From: Tubulanus polymorphus | Lineage: Eukaryota; Animalia; Nemertea | Length of the DNA stretch: 64,000 nucleotides | Reading direction: 5' to 3' | Assembly: GCF_964204645.1 (NCBI RefSeq) | Contig: NC_134025.1 | Span: forward strand, 18,265,101-18,329,100 | Shown: one piece after another, positions 13,453-25,200 of the stretch | Numbering within the stretch: the stretch's first letter is position 1 | How the letters are laid out: every line of letters starts with the position of its first letter | Made by a program: the position numbers and the translations under genes | The notes under the pieces: model-generated | What the model was told of the DNA's origin: nothing | What the model saw: the letters and a program-made list of their open reading frames with translations, nothing else | Database searches by the model: none

Positions 13453-16264
13453 ATGCCGAGACGCATGACACCAAGTCAGGTGGCTCTTGAATTTATTAAA
13501 TTTGGCAAAGATCCAGAAGAGGCATTCGAAAAAAAAGTTGTCAATAGCGAAATAGGTAGGCTAAATTATACCTAAATGGAATGTTTTAACCCTATCAAAC
13601 CCTAACCCTCCTGACCTTCTAGACCCCAACCCTATCCTAAACCTAATGAGGCCTATAGGCCGAGAAGTGTTTTTGATATATAATGAGGACAACATAATCT
13701 TTAGCCCACTTGGGACTTAAGTCCCAGTGGACTATTGCGTTCACTTTTCATCTGTCGTCCGTTTGTCCATAGACGGAATCAAGTTCTTTTGGGAAGTTTT
13801 GAAGTCGCTTCAATGGATTGTCTTGATCTTTAGTTTTTACATGTATCTAGATACATCTTCTGCCCGAAAACTGGCCTGATCAGAATCAAGATGGCCGACT
13901 GGTTGCCATTGTTGTTCAGAAAAATCAGCACTTTTTACATATTTTTGATGTTATTAAGGGAAATTTTGAAACCCTTTGATCAATTATCTTGATCATTCAC
14001 ATCTGTTTGTATCCCCGGTGCATCAGCATAAGAAAAATTGTGTAGATCAGACTTAACATGGCCATCATGTGACCTTTTTTATGCCCAAGGTCATTTTTGG
14101 CCTGAATTCCGAGATCTGGTTATACTATGAGAAGGGCTCTTACACAGGCCTATCAGACAGATACTTTGATCAGTCAAGCGTGATGCAATCAGTGACCATC
14201 TTCGTGTCATCAGTCCTCAGAAAAAGGTTTTTGAAGGAAACTATGGACAAGTTTTGACTTATAGTCTTGATATTTGATATAGGCCTATAGTATCGCTGTC
14301 ATAGTATTCATCTCCTCACGTGGAATTGGGGTTACCCGGGTTTTTGTTCTCACCACCAGGGAGAGTTGAATATAGAATTACATACAGAATTACAGAATTG
14401 GTACCTATTGATATTTTGTATGAGTTTCAAGGTCATTGGTATGGTAACCACAATGAATGGCAAAATTGTATCTTGTGACATATTCTATGATTATGGGGCC
14501 GATTCTTTTATGCAGTCCGTATTCTCCGGATTGAATATCCTGATTTGTGCATAATGGAATAGTTGTTGAGAATCAAAATGGCGGCTTCCGTAACTTTTCT
14601 GAGTTTTAGGAGGCAAAATTCATGCGTCGCCATTTTGTCACGTGGTCTCTCCGCAATCACACCGGTCGACAGATTGGAGAGAATGGACTCTCCGAACTCT
14701 CCAGAAATAGTCACCTGATCAATAAAAGAATGGAAATGGAGCGTCCGGATTATCCGTACTGCATAAAAGAATCGGCCCTAGGCCACCAGGGGCATTGAAG
14801 AGCTAAATAACTTTTATTATATTATATTAGTATTTTCATATTGTATTGGTCTTGGTCATATTGTATTTTGTAACCACAATCAATTACAAAATTGTAGCTC
14901 ATGACATGTTCCATCATTGATTGTGGTGAGTTGTAAGGTCATTGCTTTCTTAATATGTTCACCAGGGGGCGTTGAATATTCCGTTTGTTAAGCATTTCTA
15001 ACCAATTCCCAAGTGGGCGTGGTGTCCCTGGACCACTAGTTTACTAAATTACTGCTGCATCTGTATGATATCCACTTTTTTATAGAATATCTGTTGTGTC
15101 AGTCCGTAGACAGAATCCAGTTATTTTGGGAAGTTTAGAAAACACATGGATTGATGTTTGGTTTATACATATATTACCCTGAAACACCTACAGCCCAAAG
15201 ACTGGTCCTGTCAGAATCAAGATGGCAGATTTCTGTTTGCCGAAATCAGCATTTTTACAGATTTTGATGTTTTAAAGGGAAATCTTTTAAGACGCTTCAA
15301 TTATCTTGATCTTTCAAATAATATTTTTAATGCCCAGGGGCCCATCAGCATTAAAACAATTGAGTTGATCAGACACAAGAAGTCCGTCCTGTGACCTTTT
15401 TGGTGCCCATATAGCTCAAAAATCTCAGTCTGAAATCCTCAAAAACCTATATCGGTAGCTTCCTTGACTTAATAGCAGAAACTGAGTATTTCCATATCAT
15501 ACCTATTAATACATTGGCATATTTTGTTACCACAATACATAGTAAAGACATAAATAAACAATCAATGCAAAATTTATGTCATGGTTTCTGTAGTTCACCA
15601 GACGTTGAATATTAACATTTCCAGATGGTTGAGCATTTCAAACCTTTTCTCATCTGGGCATGGTGTCCCTGGACCCTAGGTTTTAATGTAGGACCTGAAG
15701 GAATGGTTTTTAATCAAAGATAATACTTTTTTCTGATTAAGGATATGGATTATTCACAAAGAAAGCAGTTTGTAGAGGGGATTTTTTGGTGGAATATCGT
15801 GGGCTACTCCGTGATGTGAAGGAAATCGGGGATGACGATACATATGTCTTTGAATTTCAAGACAAAAAGTTCAGTTCTCTGTGGTATGTAGGTCTATTGA
15901 TTTTCTAACCAGATATTGCCCATCAGGCTACTTAGTTTACACTTTAACTAAAATAAGTCATTCAAAGCCTAACTGTTACCTGTAGGCCTGTATCATAATT
16001 TGATACCACCCATCTTCTTAAAGTATATTAGGCCTAATTGAATACTCTAAATATGACTTTTACCATTTCAGCATTGATGCCTCAATTGATGATGGTAGTT
16101 TGGGACGGCTCATCAATGATGGGTGGGGTGGCAAAGAAAACTGTAAAGCCAAAACCGTCATATCTGAAGGAAGGCCCCATATTGCATTTTTTGCTATTAA
16201 GGACATACCCCCCAAAACAGAATTGCGGTATGATTACGGGGTGACTGATTATTGGTGGAGACAG
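13453..16264 (+). CDS. SET-domain exons (SETD8/PR-Set7-like) of the multidomain gene
   Basis: IGYGLFTKKAVCRGDFLVEYRG ... CIDASIDDGSLGRLIND ... FFAIKDIPPKTELRYDYG..YWWR contains the GxG, EYxG, RxxN and ELxYDY SET motifs. Confidence 0.9.
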
Positions 16265-19200
16265 GTAAATTATGATGATTTATTTTCATCCAATTTTGTT
16301 GCAGCGAAGCTCTCATTCAGTTAGAACCTTACCCTCCCCTTCACCATACATCCATACTTTTTGTATACGCTTTAGTGCCTTATAGTAACAACCTCTAATG
16401 CAAGCATTTGTGCATCAAAGAATTAGCCCTAAGTTCAAAGCTTGTAATTTTTATCAGAATGACGACTGAAGTTGTCAATTGAAAAAAAAGTATCGTGAAC
16501 ATAACCTCAATATCTCCAATTATCCTTGACAGCGGGTCCCGAGAAGAAAGCAGTTTATGATTCGTAACGCTTGTCTTTATTAATGAATTATCAGTAAATG
16601 ATTTATGCTGGTGTTGAAAAAATTAAACTTTGGTTATGAGTTACGATGGTCCAACATCAATGATCATACTACATGGAGTATGGTGCATACAGCAGTTTAT
16701 AAATGCAAACCCCCTCCCATACACAACCATAGACATTTTAATACAAATTTTCAAACCCCCTCACCCTTCTCTGTGTGTATGTACTGATCCTAAGAACATC
16801 GACTGATCAATTTCTTAATCACGATAAAAGTTCCTCTACAACTAATCATTGTACTATAGATACGCCGTGTAGTATCTTTGTTTCTACTGATGCATTTGGG
16901 TACCATATTGTATTTCTGTGCTGCATGAATGAGCTACATTTGCTTATTTGCTGATTTCTTCACTGCTTCCATTATGCCATTCTGGAAAATTATTTTTGTA
17001 TTCAACATATAAATAGGCTTCTAACAAAAAAGAACTTAATGCCTCAGGTAAGCTTGTTAACCTGTTGGGATTAAAATTTTCTAGATTGAGTCAAACTTGC
17101 AAAGTACACCCAGCATGCTGAAGCTTGCGATTGTCATTAGGCCTATGTAGATGGAATTTGGTTTAAGCATGGAGAATAAAAGCAAAATGAGTCTATCATA
17201 TTCAAATGTAAATTTCAGATTTGCCTTGCATTTCATGGCTTACATAAAAACTTGCTGTATACAGGCTACATTTGCACCATGAGATTTTCTTCATGTACTG
17301 TGTGTGATAACTGTGCATGAATCTGAATTGAGGGTGTCTATCAGGAATATGTGTTAATTCTGCGGTTAATAAATATCATTGGACTTTGAAGATAAGATAG
17401 GTTATGTTAGATGCAACTTGCTTCTTATAGGTATGCCCTATGATGGTAGATGATTCATTTTCATACACCAACGACCATAAACTATCATTACCCAATTTGT
17501 ATAAGTGAATGATACAGTATTGGCTTAGAAGCATTAGGTTGGAACACAACCAAGGGCGGGTAGTTGAATTATGCCTTTTATTATGCACATATAAATCCAG
17601 CTTGCATCCACCCCTCAGAAATGTTGCTCTTTTTCTCTATAAGATTTGTATGTCCATAAACTCAGTTTATACATTTACCGGTATACTTTGTTGAGCCGTC
17701 CACCAGAACAGCAGAAATAGACGAATTTGAATCATTTTGCATGTGATAGGCCTAACCTTATATATATTCTAACCTTATATATATTCTATATATATATATC
17801 TGTTGTATGCTTTTCAATTTTTATGGTTCCCTTTTGTTTCATTGAATTATCTCATAATGCATATTTTAGATAATGAGCAATGTTAAGCATGTATTCTTTG
17901 TGTAAAAAAACTTAGGTTCAGTCCTATTGGCCACCCACCATGATAAATGTTTTGTTTTAAGGTGAATACTATACAGTGTTATAATTTCCTGATGGTCTAA
18001 GTATGTATCGTTTGATAAAAATATATTTTTAACATCAATGAAATTGGTTATTATTTATGTTAGAAATAATCCATTCTCATGAAGTAAACATGATCTTTGA
18101 AATGCATGCAGGGGCGTATCAAGCGGGTGGTCTCGAAGGTCTAGACTCGTGCCTTCCCTTTGAAGTTGCCCTTCGTACAGAGATAACTTAAACCTATAAA
18201 TTTAACATCTCAGAAATTTCATCTTTAAGGGTTGATTTATTCAAAAGTGTATCTAACCCTAGATGGAGGGACCCCCCTTAACGAATTTGATATGGCTGCT
18301 TTAACCGAAAATGCCTCGTATTTACTTTTTGAACCCGCCTTGCAATTTTCCTATTTCTACCCTTGGCAGGTAATTTGATTTCTTTCCCTACAAATTGAAC
18401 GGTAGGATTGGAAAAAAGACAGTAACCAGGCATACATGTTTTGTCGATTTTTTACTTTCTCTTGACACACTCAAAATGAGGTTGATATAAAACCATGTAA
18501 TTTTCATGGATCACATTCAAGATGGTCTACTGGCAACATGTAAGCCTATATTTTGGGAAATTACCTACTCTAGGTATTGTATTAACACCCTGTAATTTCA
18601 TTTTCAAGATAATGTATTGACTTCCAAGTCTTTTCGTCAACACAAATCTGGTGAAAAAAAAAATCATGATTCTTGTTCTGGTAAGTAAACTCATGAAATA
18701 ACTTAAGCTTGTATAATGCAGTAATAATTGGCAGCAGATTGCTGTATCATTGTATCTGTCATTTGATTTTCTAGATAATGTATTGACGAGTAAATGTTCC
18801 AGTGATGATTCAAAACAAGTTTCTGAATTCACGTGTTCTGGTAAGTTTACTCATTATGTAAATTTTTAGCTTGTATAATGCAGTAATAGTGGTCAACAGG
18901 TTGCTGTATCATTGTATCCGTCATTTGATTTTCTAGATAATGTATTGACGAGTAAATGTTCCAGTGATGATTCAAAACAAGTTTCTGAATTCACGTGTTC
19001 TGGTAAGTTTACTCATTATGTAACTTTTTAGCTTGTATAATGCAGTAATAGTGGTCAACAGGTTGCTGTATCATTGTATCCGTCATTTGATTTTCTAGAT
19101 AATGTATTGACGAGTAAATGTTCCAGTGATGATTCAAAACAAGTTTCTGAATTCACGTGTTCTGGTAAGTTTACTCATTATGTAACTTTTTAGCTTGTAT

Positions 19201-22200
19201 AATGCAGTAATAGTGGTCAACAGGTTGCTGTATCATTGTATCCGTCATTTGATTTTCTAGATAATGTATTGACGAGTAAATGTTCCAGTGATGATTCAAA
19301 ACAAGTTTCTGAATTCACGTGTTCTGGTAAGTTTACTCATTATGTAACGTTTTAGCTTGTATAATGCAGTAATAGTGGTCAACAGGTTGCTGTATCATTG
19401 TATCCGTCATTTGATTTTCTAGATAATGTATTGACGAGTAAATGTTCCAGTGATGATTCAAAACAAGTTTCTGAATTCACGTGTTCTGGTAAGTTTACTC
19501 ATTATGTAACTTTTTAGCTTGTATAATGCAGTAATAGTGGTCAGCAGGTTGCTGTATCATTGTATCCGTCATTTGATTTTCTAGATAATGTATTGACGAG
19601 TAAATGTTCCAGTGATGATTCAAAACAAGTTTCTGAATTCACGTGTTCTGGTAAGTTTACTCATTATGTAACTTTTTAGCTTGTATAATGCAGTAATAGT
19701 GGTCAGCAGGTTGCTGTATCATTGTATCCGTCATTTGATTTTCTAGATAATGTATTGACGAGTAAATGTTCCAGTGATGATTCAAAACAAGTTTCTGAAT
19801 TCACGTGTTCTGGTAAGTTTACTCATTATGTAACGTTTTAGCTTGAATAATGCAGTAAAAGTGGTCAACAGGTTGCTGTATCATTGTATCCGTCATTAGA
19901 TTTTCTAGATAATGAATTGACGAGTAAATGTTCCAGTGATGATTCAAAACAAGTTTCTGAATTCACGTGTTCTGGTAAGTTTACTCATTATGTAACTTTT
20001 TAGCTTGTATAATGCAGTAATAGTGGTCAACAGGTTGCTGTATCATTGTATCCGTCATTTGATTTTCTAGATAATGTATTGACGAGTAAATGTTCCAGTG
20101 ATGATTCAAAACAAGTTTCTGAATTCACGTGTTCTGGTAAGTTTACTCATTATGTAACTTTTTAGCTTGTATAATGCAGTAATAGTGGTCAGCAGGTTGC
20201 TGTATCATTGTATCCGTCATTTGATTTTCTAGATAATGTATTGACGAGTAAATGTTCCAGTGATGATTCAAAACAAGTTTCTGAATTCACGTGTTCTGGT
20301 AAGTTTACTCATTATGTAACGTTTTAGCTTGAATAATGCAGTAAAAGTGGTCATCAGGTTGCTGTATCATTGTATCCGTCATTAGATTTTCTAGATAATG
20401 AATTGACGAGTAAATGTTCCAGTGATGATTCAAAACAAGTTTCTGAATTCACGTGTTCTGGTAAGTTTACTCATTATGTAACTTTTTAGCTTGTATAATG
20501 CAGTAATAGTGGTCAACAGGTTGCTGTATCATTGTATCCGTCATTTGATTTTCTAGATAATGTATTGACGAGTAAATGTTCCAGTGATGATTCAAAACAA
20601 GTTTCTGAATTCACGTGTTCTGGTAAGTTTACTCATTATGTAACTTTTTAGCTTGTATAATGCAGTAATAGTGGTCAACAGGTTGCTGTATCATTGTATC
20701 TGTCATTTTATTTTACAGATATTTCATTGATTCGTGAGTGTTCTGGTGAAAAGAAAATTTCTGAATTCACAGTTTCTGGTAAATAAACTCTATTTCTCTA
20801 TTCATATGTGTTAAAAGTTCTATATTTAGTAAAGGGGCATATAAAACCTATCCTACCTTAATGAGAAAAGATTCACCATATGTCCTACAATTCTCCATTT
20901 ACTTAAGTGGCATATAAAACCATTCACATCAGGACACTATCTAATCATTAAATAATTTTACTATTTATGTATGTCCTACAATTCTGTACTTGGTTAAGTA
21001 GTATATATAACCCATCATATCTGGTCACTACCTAATTGTGAAGTGATTTTACTGTCTATATATGTCCTACAATTCTACATTCAGTTAGGTGGCATATAAA
21101 ACCCTTCATATTGGGACACTCTCTAATGATGAAGTGATTTTACTATTCATATATGTCCTACAATTCTACATTCAGTTAGGTGGCATATAAAACCCACAAT
21201 ATCTGGATACTGCCTAATGATGAAGTGATTTTACTACCTATGCATATCTTACAATTCTACATTCAGCATATAAATCCCATATCAGGACACTATCCCAAAC
21301 CCAATATCCTTTTCAAACAAGTTGAAATAGACCTTTCCTGTTCATGAAGAATTTGAACAATTTTATGCATCACAATTCTATGTTACATTATAATCTAATA
21401 CATTATATCACCATTGCATGCTTTACTTATGTTATGTTGCAATAATTGTCAGGTTGCTGTATCATTATATCTGTCATTTGATTTTCAAGATAATGTATTG
21501 ATGTGATGATATAAAGAAAGTTTCTGAATTTACCTGCTCTGGTAAATTAACGTATTGCATAATTCTTTAACTTGTAACATGCAGCAATAATTGTCACCAT
21601 ATCATTTATTTTTCAAGATGATGCATTGACATGTGGCCCTTCTGGTGATGTTGACAATGATTCTGAATCCACCTGTTCTGGTAAGATAACACTTGTTTGC
21701 ATAAGCAGTTATAGTTGTTCACAATTTAATAGCTGTATCGATGATATCTACCGTATTTATGCAGTTACTGATAGTTACATAGCTTTATTATTCACAAGAT
21801 GCACATTTCCAATAATCAGCTATTTGAATGATTGAACATCAATGAGCTGCCAATATAGTTATCTTTGGAATTTGTTTTATTCCCAAAATTGGACTAGCTA
21901 ACACTACTTACCCACTGATAATTGAAATATATATTTTCTTCAAATAGTTTTTGAGATGTTTTGGCTTTTCTCTACTTTTAGAATTTTCAGATGGCGAGGA
22001 ATTACTTGAATCTTCGATATCTCAAGCTATAATAAGTACGTTACATTTGAAGTGTACTATACCTTTAAACCTGGTTTTTGTTCATCCTAAACATTCATAT
22101 TTTGTGAGTGTAAGGAAAACGATCGACTTGCAAGATAATGCCTTGCGAGAAGAAAGTCAAAATGCAATCGGTCTTCAGAGAGTGAAATCATGTAAAAGTG

Positions 22201-25200
22201 GTTTCCCTTCTTTTGTGGGTGGGGATTAGAGCACATTGTACGAACTTTTGTCTTTCAAGGAGCACATACTTTGTGGACAAGACATGTCCTAAAATGCATC
22301 AAAAACTGTGATATAAAAATAAATTGCAATCCATATTACTTTACACTCCCTATTTCATAAAAAATATCCTTCGGTCGTTGAAAGTGTTGAGCATAGCTTG
22401 TGTCATTAACACGTAGATACTAAGGGGGAGGGTCAATGCCGAAAAATTATGCCAGTATGGATAATTGAAATAATTGAAACTAATCTATTTAGGTTTTCTG
22501 CCACATGACTATGATAGCGATGAAGAATTACCATTTTTTTATGAAAACAAGGAGGGAACCTGCGGTAAGTGAACGTTATGATCTTATCTACCTTAAAAAG
22601 GTGCATATTAACTGAAAAATCTTACACATTAACTGAAAAATCTTGTTCTAAAGTTGTATTAGGCATATTGCGTTCTAGTGTCAATTGTCCATCCATAGGT
22701 AGAATCAAAGCATTTTAGGAAGCTTTGGAGATATTTTAAAGGATTGTCTTAATACATGTATCTAGTACTTTTGAGACAACTGCAGCTCAAAAACTGGTCT
22801 TATCAGATTCAAGATATGTGACCAACAGCATTTGTTCAACAAAAGTTTTCATGGAGAACTTGTTTGATGTTTGGTATATATAATATATGTATCTCTGCCC
22901 AGAGCCTATTACTACTGGAAAAATTGGATCAATCAGAGGAAAATGGCGTAGTCTCTGTAGTAGTCTCTGTAATCTGTAGTCTCAATTTCTAGATCTTTAG
23001 ATATGTTTGGATCAGGCAAATTTTGAGTCATCTTAGTCTCACCAGTCCTCGCTCATGGTTGGAATGGTTTTTTTTTTAAGGAGGGTACCAACAATTTTAA
23101 CTTGTTATTTATGTTGTTGTTATTTATGTTGAATTTGTTTTGTTGAATAGAAATTATCCGATATTGTTCTCCCCACTAGGATTAATTTGAACATTGAAAT
23201 TTACTTTGGAAATTTGAAATTTACTTTGGAACCATTCAGTTTTGTACCTATTATCTATTGCAAAGTGAAAAAGCACATGAAATTTTCTGTCATTTCATTG
23301 ATTTTCATGGAAAATAGTTTGTGTATTCGCACCAGCAGGAATTGAACATTGAAGTATTGTTAGACAGAGGTTAGAGTGATAAAAACTTGTAGTCCAATGA
23401 TGCCTTCAAAAATAACATGAAATAACGCAAAGATGTTATCAATGTATGTGAATATTAATTCAACAGTTTCTACGAGGTCAAAAAGTCAAAAATTCAGTTC
23501 AGTAGGATATTTGTTTTTTAGATATTGGATTTAGATACAACTTTGACAAGATTTTTATTGAGAAGCCGGAAAATTGACTTTTGATTGTATTGAATTGGGT
23601 ACATGTAAAATGGCTAGGTCTACCAGATTTGATTTAAATTCATAAGAATAGATCTGCAACACCAAACATGTTAAATTTTGGTGGTAGTTTCCTAGGTATT
23701 CATTAACACTTGATAGATGTCTTTTATTTTATCTTCAGCTACTACCACTATTGATTACTCAAACATTCTGAAGATGCTCACTCTGAGTGCACAGAAAAGC
23801 TATGAGAATCTGAAAACTACTGTTGGCTATTTTGCAAGTAGGATACGGGAACTTGAGTATAAGTGTTTGGACAGAAAACTGATGGTACATGGCAGGTCAT
23901 TAGAAATTATGCAGAAATGTGGTGATATGGTAAATGGGGTGCTCATGCCTGCAGATGTATCTGGTGATGGTAACTGTTTGTTCAATGCAGTATCAGTCGG
24001 TCTTTGTGGGTGTGAAGATCTAGCAACTGAACTTCGTGTTCGCACTTGTATCGAAATGGTTGAGAATTCTGACTTCTATCAAACTCGAAGTATCGAATTT
24101 GGATTCGATTTGATTTCACCATCCTTCGCAGATGCATGTATTGCTTGTGCAATACACAACAGTTATTCTTCGATGCTGACAATACAGGCACTCGCAACAG
24201 TTATTGATAGGAGGATAAGATCAGTATACCCCTCGGTTAATGGGTTATTGGATAATCGTGTGCCTATAATGAACCATATATTAAATCCAAGAAAAAATTT
24301 GACTGGCACATTGAGGCAAGCACCTTTACTCGTAATGTGGACTACACATTCAGAACTTAAACCTGGACACTGGAATCCGGATCATTTTGCCCCTTTACTG
24401 CCAAAAGATGTATTTGAACCGAAAGCTGGAACCTCTTCACAACAGGATGCAATTATAAAGAAAAAAAGGCAAATTGACTCATCTGACTCTGAAGATCAGT
24501 CAATTGATGTTGACATTCCAAAAAAGCGGAAAAAAAGAAAATGTATATCAGATTCTGAAGATGATTACATTCCTGATGACGATCTATGTGATAGTGATGA
24601 TGATAATCTCCATGAAATTGATCCAAATGATAACGATATTGAGGAAGAAGACTTTGGAGATTATCTGTCAAGACTGTCGGCTCATTTGAAACATGTTACT
24701 GTTCCGACATACCAGTCAGTAGATGGCAAGCGGGACTACCGAAAGGCAGATTATTGTTTGTATTGTAAGCGTGTGTTTACTTCGAAAATATCCTCGCATT
24801 TGTGCAGTATTCACGCGTCTGAACCAGAAATTATAAAGTACCATCTGATACGCGATCCAAATGAAAAAAAAAAACATATGCGCTTACTTCAGAATGAAGG
24901 AAACTTTCGGCACAATTGTAAAGTGATAAAAGAAGGACATGGTACGTTGGTCGTTGTCCGTAGACCCAATAAAACGGATAAACCACCAAATGCAGTGGAC
25001 TACGTACCATGCGAATTTTGTAAGGGTTTTTTCTACAAGGGATGCCTTTCCGAGCATGCGACACGTTGCCACTTCAAACCAATGGCAAAACAACCAGACA
25101 TCAATTACATAAGAACCTCTCGAAACATGCTATCACCATTTGTACCAAGAATCGATGAGGATACGGTTGCATTAAACTTGATATTCAGCAGAATGCGAGA

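Noticed and set aside
18775-20622. CRISPR-like regular array
   Set aside because: The units are wholly repeated with no unique spacers, the context is eukaryotic, and exon-intron duplication explains it.
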